Program-made: the position numbers and the translations under genes
Notes under the pieces: generated by a model
The model's input: the letters and a program-made list of their open reading frames with translations, nothing else
What the model was told of the DNA's origin: nothing
Database searches by the model: none
Assembly (NCBI GenBank): GCA_950097015.1
Contig: CATNEN010000029.1
Location: 8,308,001-8,372,000 of the forward strand
DNA: 64,000 nucleotides
Direction: 5' to 3'
DNA from: Macrostomum hystrix
Taxonomy: Eukaryota; Animalia; Platyhelminthes
Part shown: positions 36,032 through 48,775 of the stretch, piece by piece
Numbering within the stretch: position 1 is the stretch's first letter
Layout of the letters: every line of letters begins with the position of its first letter

Positions 36032-37879
36032 TCACTTGGCCGACTTCTTTATATCCAACTCGTCGATCGTCCAGAGATCGATGAAGTTCTTCCTGATCTT
36101 CTTCTTCACCTTGGTTGCGTCCTTCTGCTTCTTTACCATGAACTCCTTGGCGTCCTTAAAAAAGCTCGGCGGATAGGCCCGCCAGCCTCGAGCGGCTCCG
36201 TGGCTGCCGCCCTCGTCATCGGAGGTGAGCCGCTGGTCCACCCGTTCGGCTGGAATGGTCTGCTGCTCCTGGTTCATAGTCTGCATGCTCAGCCGGAGCC
36301 TGGACTCAAGGTATTCGTTCTTCCACTTGCAGTACTCTAGTGTGGTGACACCAGCCTTGTCGTCCAGATCAATGCGGTACTTCATAATGTGCTGGATGGC
36401 TTTGGCGAAACGGCCTCGCTCCCACAGCCGGGGCAGTTTGTTCTTGAACAGTTCAACCCCAGCCGCTTGCTGCTTGTCGTATTTGCTGCCAGACGTCTGC
36501 AGGAAAGGCGGGAAGCTTTTGTCGGCCACTGTCGAGGTCATCAGCAGGGCGGGTATGTTTCGCAGCATGTGCTGCAGATCGTTAGGCTGGATGAACGGAC
36601 CGTCAATGAGGTGCGACATGTAGTAGGAGATGTTGACCGCTGGCTCCTTTGAGAAGATGTAGAGCAAACCGGTGTCAGTCAGGATGTCCATGATGAGGTG
36701 GATGATGCTGTGCTTCAAAGATTCCACATTTCTTTCAGCGGCAATCACTAAAAAGTAGTGCAGCAGTGCGATGATGTTATCGTAGTCGTAAGTTGACGTC
36801 TTGTGGCCGTTCTGTTCAACATAGTCCGACGAGTTGATCTCATTTGAGTTCACAATGGGCGACAGATTCAAGAAGCGCTCCTCCAGGCTGCTGAGAATGA
36901 CCATGCGGAACTCTGGATTCAATGACTTGGATGTCTGGGACACGAAGAAGCGCTCCAGCTGGAAGATACGTACAAATGGAATTACCTGCGGCATGACCCG
37001 CAGCGGGTCCTTGTGCAGGAACAGCTTGCACAGAATTCGGCGCGGATAGGACCGGTAAACAATCACCGCCCTCTCGTCCTGTTCAGGCGAGGCCCAAGGC
37101 GCGTTGTAATAGCGACAGTTGATAGGCTGGTAAAATACCTTGTCGCCTAGGTAGAAATTTGTATGAGCGGCCTTGTTTAGCATCTTCACCAGCATTGAAA
37201 TCTTTGTGTACGGTCGCTCGTCGAGCAAGGACCAGGCGTACTCAAACCAGTCGCTGAACTTCTTTGAGAAATTGTAATTGCGCCTGAAATAAGTTATGCT
37301 GAACTGACTGCGCGGAGCCCACGACCCGAAGCGGAACAGAGACGGTATGGCGAAGTAGACCTCTCTGCGCATCATGAGGGCGGGAATGTTGAAAGTGATC
37401 AGGTCACCGAAAGTGTGATCGTGTACATAGGTGGCGTACTGTGGAATGGACACCTCGCTCATTGATTCGTAGCTGGCCGGATTGTCAATCTTTCCAACTC
37501 GGATCGGAGCCAGGACGCGCACAATGGTCTCGCATTTGAAATAGAGAGCCACTGAGAATATATTGAGAAATAGGTAGGCCTTCTCGTTGAACATGGGTCT
37601 ATCCATAGGATTTTTCGGATTGTACAGTGACGGCTTATCCAGAATTTGGAAGTACATGTACTTGAAAAATATGTTCATCCGCTCTCGGGTTTTCAGAATG
37701 TTAACTAGCGGCGTGGCGTCCCCAGACCGGACCCGGTTGATGATCCAAAGCGTGTTCGGATGCAGCGCCGGGAAGTATGGCCGAATAGCCGTGTAGGCGA
37801 ACTCACCTGCCGACGCGCCCACGCCATCGATCTGCACACGGTAGACCTTCGGCACCTGAGGCTTGTGTATGGTATGCAT
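36032..37879 (-). CDS. Uninterrupted 615-aa ORF, unknown function
   Basis: 1.85-kb non-repetitive open frame, C/G-rich third codon positions, gccATG context, and an acceptor-like ctgactaactag 9 nt upstream. No family recognised. Confidence 0.85.
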   Translation of the reverse strand: MHTIHKPQVPKVYRVQIDGVGASAGEFAYTAIRPYFPALHPNTLWIINRVRSGDATPLVNILKTRERMNIFFKYMYFQILDKPSLYNPKNPMDRPMFNEKAYLFLNIFSVALYFKCETIVRVLAPIRVGKIDNPASYESMSEVSIPQYATYVHDHTFGDLITFNIPALMMRREVYFAIPSLFRFGSWAPRSQFSITYFRRNYNFSKKFSDWFEYAWSLLDERPYTKISMLVKMLNKAAHTNFYLGDKVFYQPINCRYYNAPWASPEQDERAVIVYRSYPRRILCKLFLHKDPLRVMPQVIPFVRIFQLERFFVSQTSKSLNPEFRMVILSSLEERFLNLSPIVNSNEINSSDYVEQNGHKTSTYDYDNIIALLHYFLVIAAERNVESLKHSIIHLIMDILTDTGLLYIFSKEPAVNISYYMSHLIDGPFIQPNDLQHMLRNIPALLMTSTVADKSFPPFLQTSGSKYDKQQAAGVELFKNKLPRLWERGRFAKAIQHIMKYRIDLDDKAGVTTLEYCKWKNEYLESRLRLSMQTMNQEQQTIPAERVDQRLTSDDEGGSHGAARGWRAYPPSFFKDAKEFMVKKQKDATKVKKKIRKNFIDLWTIDELDIKKSAK

Positions 37880-38784
37880 GGCGACTATCTAGTTAGTCAG
37901 AAAACTTTAACGGCCACCTCCGCTGGCCTTGGCTCGGTGTGCTGTTGGACAAGTCGAATTTTAGCTTCTTAATTACTAATTTCAGCCTGATTTCCGATTA
38001 AAGTGTATCCAAATGCAGACTAGCAAAACTGAAGTCCTGAATAATCGGTGCAAAGCCCAACTGCTTCTTAATTACTTCTCTTTTAGAAGATGGCTTGCCT
38101 GAACTTAATTAGCGCAGACTTGGCCCATAGACTAACATGGTTGAGTTGGGCCGATTCGGTATGCAAAGCCCGGCCCCCACTCCCGCGAGACCCCCTGCGT
38201 ATGCTAATTCTTTTGAGGATTGGGCTTATCACGGAGACAGAAAAGAGTTAATCAAATTAGCTTCAGCTACTCCGGCTGCATTGATAGCTCCGGTCTAAGC
38301 CAATGTCGCGAACCAATGTCCGTCGCAACGCAGTTGTCCCAACTTTTTTCTACTGACAAAATCGCAGACCAATTTAGGACTTTGGCTATAAGAGCTAAAA
38401 AAATAAATTAGCATTCCGTGGACCGGGAACTGTGGGTTGGTTGCCAACGGAATAATTGAAAAAATGTAAAACAGCCGGATTCTTGTTTTCTTAAATTTGA
38501 GACGCACTTTTCAATCGACAGCGGGTATTCGGTAGTTTATTTTAGTTTCTATGACTAAAAATACCAAGCACATTGAAGACATGCGAGTTCCACTTGTGAA
38601 ACTTTCTTCAATTGATATGCTAAAAGCAAATAAATACAAGACTACGAGCTGACTTTGGGACCATAGACAATACGGGGAGTGAAAGCGCCGCGTGGGATAT
38701 TGAAGATATTGAAATCAAACTCAGCTGGAAGAATGCGATCCCAAATAGCAAGATGGTCCATATCTAAGAAACAAACTAAACTGG

Positions 38785-38960
38785 TCAGATTTGAGGCTAT
38801 GAGAAACTGCAGATTTGAGGCTATGGGAAACTGCAGATTGACGCTATGGGAAACTGCAGATTTGACGCTATGGGAAACTGCAGATTTGACGCTATGGGAA
38901 ACTACAGATTTGAGGCTATGGGAGACTTCACATTTGAGGGTACCAGAGTTCAGATTGGAG
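38785..38960. repeat. Short degenerate 24-bp repeat (actgcagatttgaSgctatgggaa)n
   Basis: About 6 visible units. Confidence 0.8.
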
Positions 38961-39147
38961 GATATAAGATACTTTACATTTGAGGATAGTAACTGCATTT
39001 ATCATTAGACTTTTTAGAACATTATAGGATATAAAATATTATTGGACAGAAAAATATAACCTAAGGATTGTCTTTTTAACAAAAGAATTCCGCTGCAGCG
39101 AGAAGCCAATGATGTGCTCGAAGGAGTGTTGTAGCCGAAGGCTCGCT

Positions 39148-39573
39148 TCAGTATCCCGGCCGCTTCACCACCGCCAGATGCGTCAACTGGCGCTGCCGGC
39201 TTCGCCCGGCCTCCAGCCAGCCGGTCAGGCTGTAGCCGCGGTGAAAATCGGCGTCGGTAACGCTGGAAGTCAGGCGCAGTACAAAACTGCTGCTTCTAGT
39301 AGAGGGAAACTGTTGCTGCTGCTGCTGCTGAACCTTGGTCTTCTGTTTTAGCCGGCCGGCGATCGCCACGCAGCCGCCGTCGCCAGACTGCGAGACGGTG
39401 GCCCAGGCGGCGCGCCGTTTCAGACCGCCAGAGAATTCAGTCACTCGGCACAGGCGCCGGGTGAACCAGGGAAACCGAAGCAGCCAATAGGCGTTGAGGG
39501 CGCAGCCCGCACCGATGCCCTCCTCCGCGTGGAGCAGCACCTTCACCGGCTGCTGCTGGCGACGGCCGCCGAA

Positions 39574-39614
<41 letters not shown>

Positions 39615-42600
39615 TGCTGCTGCTCTCATCGGCTACTCCTGCAGCCTCAAGGAGCTTGGCGCAGCGTCTGCCGACTTGTTCGTAGTAGAACAGCTGCACC
39701 ATCTGGGTGCGCGCGAGGGTTGTGTCAGGCGAGCCGCTACTCTTCAAATCAATTTCTTATTTTAATCCTTGTTTGAGCACATTGCGAACTGCTCAACATC
39801 CCAAAAAATTCTTCTGCAATATAGATCCATCCAACAATGCTCCAATCAATTCCACAATAATCCAACCCATTCCACAATAATCCAATTCATTCCACAATAA
39901 TCCAATTCATTCCACAATAATCCAATCCATTCCACAATAATCCAATTCATTCCACAATAATCCAATCCATTCCACAATAGTCCAATCCATTCCACAATAG
40001 TCCAAACCATCTCACAATAGTCCAATCCATTCCACAATAATCCAACCCATTCCACAATAATCCAACCCATTCCACAATAATCCAACCCATTCCACAATAA
40101 GCCAATCAATTACACAACAATCCTATTTATCCTAAAATTATCCAATCATTTCCACAATAATCCAATCGATTCCACAATAATCCAATCAATTCCACAATAA
40201 TCCAATCCATTCCACAATAATCCAACCCATTCCACAATAATCCAACCCATTCCACAACAATTCAATCCATTCCACAACAATTCAATCCATTCCACAACAA
40301 TTCAATCCATTCCACAACAATTCAATCCATTCCACAACAATTCAATCCATTCCACAACAATTCAATCCATTCCACAATAATCCAATCCATTCCACAATAA
40401 TCCAACCCATTCCACAATAAGCCAATCAATTACACAATAATCCAATCCATCTCACAACAATCCAATAAAACACGAATCAAATTATTGTGTAGGTTTAGCC
40501 GCACTAGAATATGATATACTTTAAAATGCTCACCTCAAGGAGGCCTCAAGGATGAATGAAAAGAGAACAGACAGTTTAAGAAATCAGCTGCTTACCTTTT
40601 TCTTTACTCTTTAGAAAGTTTTCACAAAAAAAATTCTTTTTTTTGATTGATGAGTGTGGTATAGCTGTATAGTTGACAGGTGACAGCTGTCAGTTGAGTG
40701 ACGCAAAATATAAATAAGATAGCGATACTTCTGGCCCTTCAATTTTTCCACTCTCTCTTCAACCTCTCACCCTTTCTCATCATCATATTGCAACCCTTTT
40801 TATTCACAAGTCGGAGCATTTTCCGAGCCGACCAATAAGCAGTTGCTATCCGGTTCTCTCATCCCATTCATCAAGTGCACTCTCAAAATGAGTGGCAAAG
40901 TGAAAGCGATAGAATTGAGCACCCAATGAGCAATGAGCTTAATCATTGGGTATAATTATCTGACACATCTGTTTATGAAAACTTACAGATAAAAAATCCA
41001 ATAAAAACTCAACAAGCAAGCACCAACAACACAATCCCTCTCACAATATCCCAATCCATCTCACAATATCCCAATCCCTCTCACAATATCCCAATCCCTC
41101 TCACAATATCCCAATTCATCTCACAATATCCCAATCCATCTCACAATATCCCAATCCCTCTCACAATATCCCCAATCCATCTCACAATATCCCAATTCAT
41201 CTCACAATATCCCAACCCATCTCACAATATCCCAATCCCTCTCACAATATCCCAACCCATCTCACAATATCCCAATCCCTCTCACAATATCCCAATCCAT
41301 CTCACAATATCCCAATTCATCTCACAATATCCCAACCCATCTCACAATATCCCAATCCCTCTCACAATATCCCCAATCCATCTCACAATATCCCAATTCA
41401 TCTCACAATATCCCAACCCATCTCACAATATCCCAATCCCTCTCACAATATCCCAATCCATCTCACAATATCCCAATTCATCTCACAATATCCCAACCCA
41501 TCTCACAATATCCCAATCCCTCTCACAATATCCCAAACCATCTCACAATATCCCAATTCATCTCACAATATCCCAATTCATCTCACAATATCGCAATTAA
41601 TCTCACAATATCCCAACCCATCTCACAATATCCCAATCCCTCTCACAATATCCCAAACCATCTCACAATATCCCAATCCCTCTCACAATATCCCAATTCA
41701 TCTCACAATATCCCAACCCATCTCACAATATCCCAATCCATCTCACAATATCCCAATCCCTCTCACAATATCCCAATCCATCTCACAATATCCCAATTCA
41801 TCTCACAATATCCCAACCCATCTCACAATATCCCAATCCCTCTCACAATATCCCAATCCATCTCACAATATCCCAATTCATCTCACAATATCCCAACCCA
41901 TCTCACAATATCCCAATCCCTCTCACAATATCCCAAACCATCTCACAATATCCCAATTCATCTCACAATATCCCAATTCATCTCACAATATCGCAATTAA
42001 TCTCACAATATCCCAATCCATCTCACAATATCCCAATCCCTCTCACAATATCCCAATTCATCTCACAATATCCCAATTCATCTCACAATATCCCAATCCC
42101 TCTCACAATATCCCAATCCCTCTCACAATATTCCAATCCATCTTACAATATCTCAATCCATCTCACAATGTCCTAATCCATTTCACAATATCAACAACTC
42201 ATCTCACAATATCCCAACCCATCTCACAAAATCCCAACCCATCTCACAATATCCCGATCCATCTCACAACAATCAACCAATCTCACAATAACCCACTTAA
42301 CACACAATAGGAAACGGCTGAGACCATTTAATCATCAAAGCTAAGTCAAAATACATGCATTAACAATGTCGCTAAGCAGCTCACAAATCCCTTAGGACAG
42401 ACAATGGAAACAGGCTGCAGGGCCAATCCCCTAAATGAATAATTTATACTGCGACACAAAAATAACGCTAGACAAGCCGCTGTGGGATCTTAGCTTTGTA
42501 ATTTTGCTCTGCCGTTTTCCTCTAACTCTTAAAAAGGCTGAAACAGCAAGGAATGTGTGTCGGTATTTGCTTTGATCTTTGGGATGTTTCTCGAGGTCTG

Positions 42601-45600
42601 TGTGCTTGTTCTGTCAGTGAAGGAAACTGAAGCATCTGTGGGGGAAGGAAATGAGGCACTGAAGCATCTGTGGGGGGATGGAAATGAGGCACTGAAGCAT
42701 CGGTGGATGAAGGAAATGAAGCACTGAAGCATTGGTGGATGAAGGAAATGAGGCACTGAAGCATTGGTGGATGAAGGAAATGAGGCACTGAAGCATCGGT
42801 GGATGAAGGAAATGAGGCACTGAAGCATCGATTGATGAAGGAAATGGGGCACTGAAGCACCGGTAGATGAAGGAAATGAGGCACTGAAGCATTGGTGGAT
42901 GAAGGAAACGAGGCACTGGAGCACCGGTGGATGAAAGAAACGAGGCACTGAAGCACCGGTGGATGAAGGAAACGAGGCACTGAAGCACCGGTGGATGAAG
43001 GAAACGAGGCACTGAAGCACCGGTGGATGAAGGAAACGAGGCACTGAAGCACCGGTGGATGAAGGAAATGAGGCACTGAAGCATTGGTGGATGAAGGAAA
43101 CGAAGCACTGGAGCACCGGTGGATGAAGGAAACGAGGCACTGGAGCATTGGTGGATGAAGGAAATGAGGCACTGGAGCATTGGTGGATGAAGGAAACGAG
43201 GCACTGGAGCACCGGTGGATGAAGGAAACGAAGCACAGAAGCATCGGTGGATGAAGGAAATGAAGCACTGAAGCATCGGTGGATGAAGGAAATGAAGCAC
43301 TGAAGCATTGGTGGATGTAGGAAACGAGGCACTGGAGCACCGGTGGATAAAGGAAATGAGGCACTGAAGCACCGGTGGATGAAGGAAATGAAGCACTGAA
43401 GCATCGGTGGATGAAGGAAATGAAGCACTGAAGCATCGGTGGATGAAGGAAATGAAGCACTGAAGCACCGGTGGATGAAGGAAATGAGGCACTGAAGCAT
43501 TGGTGGATGAAGGAAATGAGGCACTGAAGCATCGGTGGATGAAGGAAATGAAGCACTGAAGCATCGGTGGATAAAGGAAATGAAGCACTGAAGCATCGGT
43601 GGATGAAGGAAATGAGGCACTGAAGCATTGGTGGATGAAGGAAATGAGGCACTGAAGCATCGGTTGAGGAAGGAAATGAAGCACTGAAGCATTGGTGGAT
43701 GAAGGAAATGAAGCACTGAAGCATCGATGGATGAAGGAAATGAAGCACTGAAGCATCGATGGATGAAGGAAATGAAGCACTGAAGCATCGGTGGATGAAG
43801 GAAATGAAGCACTGAAGCATTGGTGGATGAAGGAAACGAGGCACTGGAGCACCGGTGGATAAAGGAAATGAGGCACTGAAGCACCGGTGGATGAAGGAAA
43901 TGAAGCACAGAAGCATCGGTGGATGAAGGAAATGAAGCACTGAAGCATCGGTGGATGAAGGAAATGAAGCACTGAAGCACCGGTGGATGAAGGAAATGAG
44001 GCACTGAAGCATTGGTGGATGAAGGAAATGAGGCACTGAAGCATCGGTGGATGAAGGAAATGAAGCACTGAAGCATCGGTGGATAAAGGAAATGAAGCAC
44101 TGAAGCATCGGTGGATGAAGGAAATGAGGCACTGAAGCATTGGTGGATGAAGGAAATGAGGCACTGAAGCATCGGTGGATGAAGGAAATGAAGCACTGAA
44201 GCATCGGTGGATGAATGAAATGAGGCACTGAAGCATTGGTGGATGAAGGAAATGAAGCACTGAAGCATCGGTGGATGAAGGAAATGAGGCACTGAAGCAT
44301 TGGTGGATGAAGGAAATGAAGCACTGAAGCATCGATGGATGAAGGAAATGAAGCACTGAAGCATCGGTGGATGAAGGAAATGAAGCACTGAAGCACCGGT
44401 GGATGAAGGAAATGAGGCACTGAAGCATCGGTGGATGAAGGAAATGAGGCAATGAAGCATCGGTGGATGAAGGAAATGAAGCACTGAACCATCCGTGGAT
44501 GAAGGAAATGAAGCACTGAAGCATCGGTGGATGAAGGAATTGAAGCACTGAAGCATCGGTGGATGAAGGAAATGAAGCACTGAACCATCCGTGGATGAAG
44601 GAAATGAAGCACTGAAGCATCGGTGGATGAAGGAAATGAAGCACTGAAGCATCGGTGGATGAAGGAAATGAAGCACTGAAGCATCGGTGGATGAAGGAAA
44701 TGAAGCACTGAAGCATCGGTGGATGAAGGAAATGAAGCACTGAAGCATCGGTGGATAAAGGAAATGAAGCACTGAAGCATCGGTGGATGAAGGAAATGAG
44801 GCACTGAAGCATTGGTGGATGAAGGAAATGAAGCACTGAAGCATCGGTTGAGGAAGGAAACGAGGCACTGAAGCACCGGTGGATGAAGGAAACGAGGCAC
44901 TGAAGCACCGGTGGATGAAGGAAATGAGGCACTGAAGCATTGGTGGATGAAGGAAACGAAGCACTGGAGCACCGGTGGATGAAGGAAACGAGGCACTGGA
45001 GCATTGGTGGATGAAGGAAATGAGGCACTGGAGCATTGGTGGATGAAGGAAACGAGGCACTGGAGCACCGGTGGATGAAGGAAACGAAGCACAGAAGCAT
45101 CGGTGGATGAAGGAAATGAAGCACTGAAGCATCGGTGGATGAAGGAAATGAAGCACTGAAGCATTGGTGGATGAAGGAAACGAGGCACTGGAGCACCGGT
45201 GGATAAAGGAAATGAGGCACTGAAGCACCGGTGGATGAAGGAAATGAAGCACAGAAGCATCGGTGGATGAAGGAAATGAAGCACTGAAGCATCGGTGGAT
45301 GAAGGAAATGAAGCACTGAAGCACCGGTGGATGAAGGAAATGAGGCACTGAAGCATTGGTGGATGAAGGAAATGAGGCACTGAAGCATCGGTGGATGAAG
45401 GAAATGAAGCACTGAAGCATCGGTGGATAAAGGAAATGAAGCACTGAAGCATCGGTGGATGAAGGAAATGAGGCACTGAAGCATTGGTGGATGAAGGAAA
45501 TGAGGCACTGAAGCATCGGTGGATGAAGGAAATGAAGCACTGAAGCATCGGTGGATGAATGAAATGAGGCACTGAAGCATTGGTGGATGAAGGAAATGAA

Positions 45601-46602
45601 GCACTGAAGCATCGGTGGATGAAGGAAATGAGGCACTGAAGCATTGGTGGATGAAGGAAATGAAGCACTGAAGCATCGGTGGATGAAGGAAATGAAGCAC
45701 TGAAGCATCGGTGGATGAAGGAAATGAAGCACTGAAGCACCGGTGGATGAAGGAAATGAGGCACTGAAGCATCGGTGGATGAAGGAAATGAGGCAATGAA
45801 GCATCGGTGGATGAAGGAAATGAAGCACTGAACCATCCGTGGATGAAGGAAATGAAGCACTGAAGCATCGGTGGATGAAGGAAATGAAGCACTGAAGCAT
45901 CGGTGGATGAAGGAAATGAAGCACTGAAGCATCGGTGGATGAAGGAAATGAAGCACTGAAGCATCGGTGGATGAAGGAAATGAAGCACTGAAGCATCGGT
46001 GGATAAAGGAAATGAAGCACTGAAGCATCGGTGGATGAAGGAAATGAGGCACTGAAGCATTGGTGGATGAAGGAAATGAAGCACTGAAGCATCGGTTGAG
46101 GAAGGAAATGAAGCACTGAAGCATTGGTGGATGAAGGAAATGAAGCACTGAAGCATCGGTTGAGGAAGGAAATGAAGCACTGAAGCATTGGTGGATGAAG
46201 GAAATGAAGCACTGAAGCATCGATGGATGAAGGAAATGAAGCACTGAAGCATCGATGGATGAAGGAAATGAAGCACTGAAGCATCGATGGATGAAGGAAA
46301 TGAAGCACTGAAGCATTGGTGGATAAAGGAAATGAAGCACTGAAGCATCGGTGGATGAAGGAAATGAGGCACTGAAGCATTGGTGGATAAAGGAAATGAA
46401 GCACTGAAGCATCGGTGGATGAAGGAAATGAGGCACTGAAGCATCGGTGGATGAAGGAAATGAGGCACTGAAGCATCGGTAGATAAAGGAAATGAAGCAG
46501 AAACTTTCTACGAACTAGGCTGGCCTTGGTCGATTGCGTAAACTATTTTAATACAAATCAAATCACATCATGCTCAAACAGTTCGTATTTACCATCCCGG
46601 AC
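39148..46602 (-). CDS. Unidentified protein encoded via microexons; exons 46593-46602 (10 nt), 42527-42610 (84 nt), 40596-40608 (13 nt), 40534-40544 (11 nt), 39148-39741; possible further exon ending at 47011
   Basis: Each piece has AG/GT flanks. Phases chain into one frame: (SG)M|NKHTDLEKHPKDQSKYRHTFLAVSAFLR|SKEK-G|LLE|SSGSPD...FYYEQVG...VLLHAEEGIGAGCALNAYWLLR...VTEFSGG...W. Confidence 0.6.
39845..40460. repeat. 20-bp minisatellite (ccattccacaataatccaat)n
   Basis: Directly visible. Confidence 0.95.
41030..42290. repeat. 20-bp minisatellite (ccatctcacaatatcccaat)n
   Basis: Directly visible; about 16/20 identical to the 39845-40460 unit. Confidence 0.95.
42615..46500. repeat. 32-bp minisatellite (gcactgaagcatcggtggatgaaggaaatgaR)n, about 120 units
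   Basis: Directly visible; 32-aa periodicity in three minus-strand ORFs. Confidence 0.97.
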
Positions 46603-47164
46603 CTAAAACGGAGAAGATTGAGCAGTCGGTCTCAAAAAGTTGACGTATGAGACGCTCAGACGATCAGGACAAGGCTGACTCATCTTTCAAACAAGACAAG
46701 CCTGGGCTGTGTCGCGTAGGCCCTGATTAAACTGTCCCCCAGATGCAAGGCCAGAATTGCTTCGGGAACATTTCTGCTTGGAGTTGAATTGATCTCAGAG
46801 GAATTAAGGATTATTCAGCATAGACTTGCGCGCCTACGTTAATTCCAATCTCTATTTTCCCCAGCCTGGCAGAGATCCCTGGCTTAGGGGGGAATGAATA
46901 TTATATATTGTAAAAGAAAAAGTTAATCCATCCAGGAAATTCCCATTACGGACCCGGTATCTCCAGCTTCATTCTGGACCCTGGGCCGCCATGAAATTAG
47001 CCGTGCTCACCACACAGCTCCCCAAGACTCATCTTTAACGATAGGCCGACTTCGATCTTATAGATCCCACTTTACAAGCCTATATAGCTTGACCCTGCCA
47101 CCGAACCTAACATATACTATTCTAATATAGAGTCCTTCTCTACACCCCTTCTACACACAGACAA

Positions 47165-48037
47165 ACTGACTGAAACTGAAGCATCAGTGGCAGACACATC
47201 TGACTGAAACTGAAGCCTCAGTGGCAGACACATCTGACTGAAACTGAAGCCTCAGTGGCAGACACATCTGACTGAAACTGAAGCATCAGTGGCAGACTCA
47301 TCTGACTGAAACTGAAGCATCAGTGGCAGACACATCTGACTGAAACTGAAGCATCAGTGGCAGACTCATCTGACTGAAACTGAAGCATCAGTGGCAGACT
47401 CATCTGACTGAAACTGAAGCATCAGTGGCAGACACATCTGACTGAAACTGAAGCATCAGTGGCAGACACATCTGACTGAAACTGAAGCATCAGTGGCAGA
47501 CACATCTGACTGAAACTGAAGCATCAGTGGCAGACACATCTGACTGAAACTGAAGCATCTGTGGCAGACACATCTGACTGAAACTGAAGCATCAGTGGCA
47601 GACACATCTGACTGAAACTGAAGCATCAGTGGCAGACACATCTGACTGAAACTGAAGCATCTGTGGCAGACACATCTGACTGAAACTGAAGCATCAGTGG
47701 CAGACACATCTGACTGAAACTGAAGCATCAGTGGCAGACACATCTGACTGAAACTGAAGCATCAGTGGCAGACACATCTAACTGAAACTGAAGCATCAGT
47801 GGCAGACACATCTGACTGAAACTGAAGCATCAGTGGCAGACTCATCTGACTGAAACTGAAGCATCAGTGGCAGACACATCTGACTGAAACTGAAGCATCT
47901 GTGGCAGACACATCTGACTGAAACTGAAGCATCAGTGGCAGACACATCTGACTGAAACTGAAGCATCAGTGGCAGACACATCTGACTGAAACTGAAGCAT
48001 CTGTGGCAGACACATCTGACTGAAACTGAAGCATCTG
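47165..48037. repeat. 34-bp minisatellite (actgaaactgaagcatcagtggcagacacatctg)n
   Basis: Directly visible; shares the core actgaagcatcRgtgg with the 32-bp array. Confidence 0.96.
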
Positions 48038-48240
48038 TTTTCGGATATCAACAGAAAGTTTAGAATTTTTTGCTTTGAATCCCTTGTCCTACTTCAAGTA
48101 TTGTATATGTAATGTTTGGCAATTTATGTTATTAAATTAAAAATGAGGATTCTCGTAACTTCTGAAGCGCCATTCGTTCGTTCTTTCTTGCGCAGCTGAC
48201 TGAAACTCTAGTAGGCAGATACTAAAACTCAAACTGGCAG

Positions 48241-48775
48241 ACGATGAGGCAGGATAGGAGAGCGATGAGGCAGGATATGAGAGCGATGAGGCAGGATATG
48301 AGAGCGATGAGGCAGGATATGAGAGCGATGAGGCAGGATATGAGAGCGATGAGGCAGGATATGAGAGCGATGAGGCAGGATATGAGAGCGATAAGGTAGG
48401 ATATGAGAGCGATGAGGCAGGATATGAGAGCGATGAGGTAGGATATGAGAGCGATGAGGCAGGATATGAGAGCGATGAGGCAGGATATGAGAGCGATGAG
48501 GCAGGATATGAGAGCGATGAGGCAGGATATGAGAGCGATGAGGTAGGATATGAGAGCGATGAGGCAGGATATGAGAGCGATGAGGCAGGATATGAGAGCG
48601 ATGAGGTAGGATATGAGAGCGATGAGGCAGGATATGAGAGCGATGAGGCAGGATATGAGAGCGATGAGGCAGGATATGAGAGCGATGAGGTAGGATATGA
48701 GAGCGATGAGGCAGGATATGAGAGCGATGAGGTAGGATATGAGAGCGATGAGGCAGGATATGAGAGCGATGAGTC
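48241..48775. repeat. 21-bp minisatellite (gatgaggcaggatatgagagc)n
   Basis: Directly visible. Confidence 0.96.

Noticed and set aside
42522-46476. Three ORFs of about 1300 aa
   Set aside because: They are the same 32-bp unit read in three frames, with alternative starts and no unique sequence. They lie in an intron of the microexon gene.
48130-48200. Extra upstream exon of the microexon gene (SAAQERTNEWRFR)
   Set aside because: Phase-compatible, but the donor GAA|GTTACG is poor; not supportable without cDNA.
48241-48775. (DEAGYES)n plus-strand coding repeat
   Set aside because: In-frame TAG in the first unit, no start codon or splice context.
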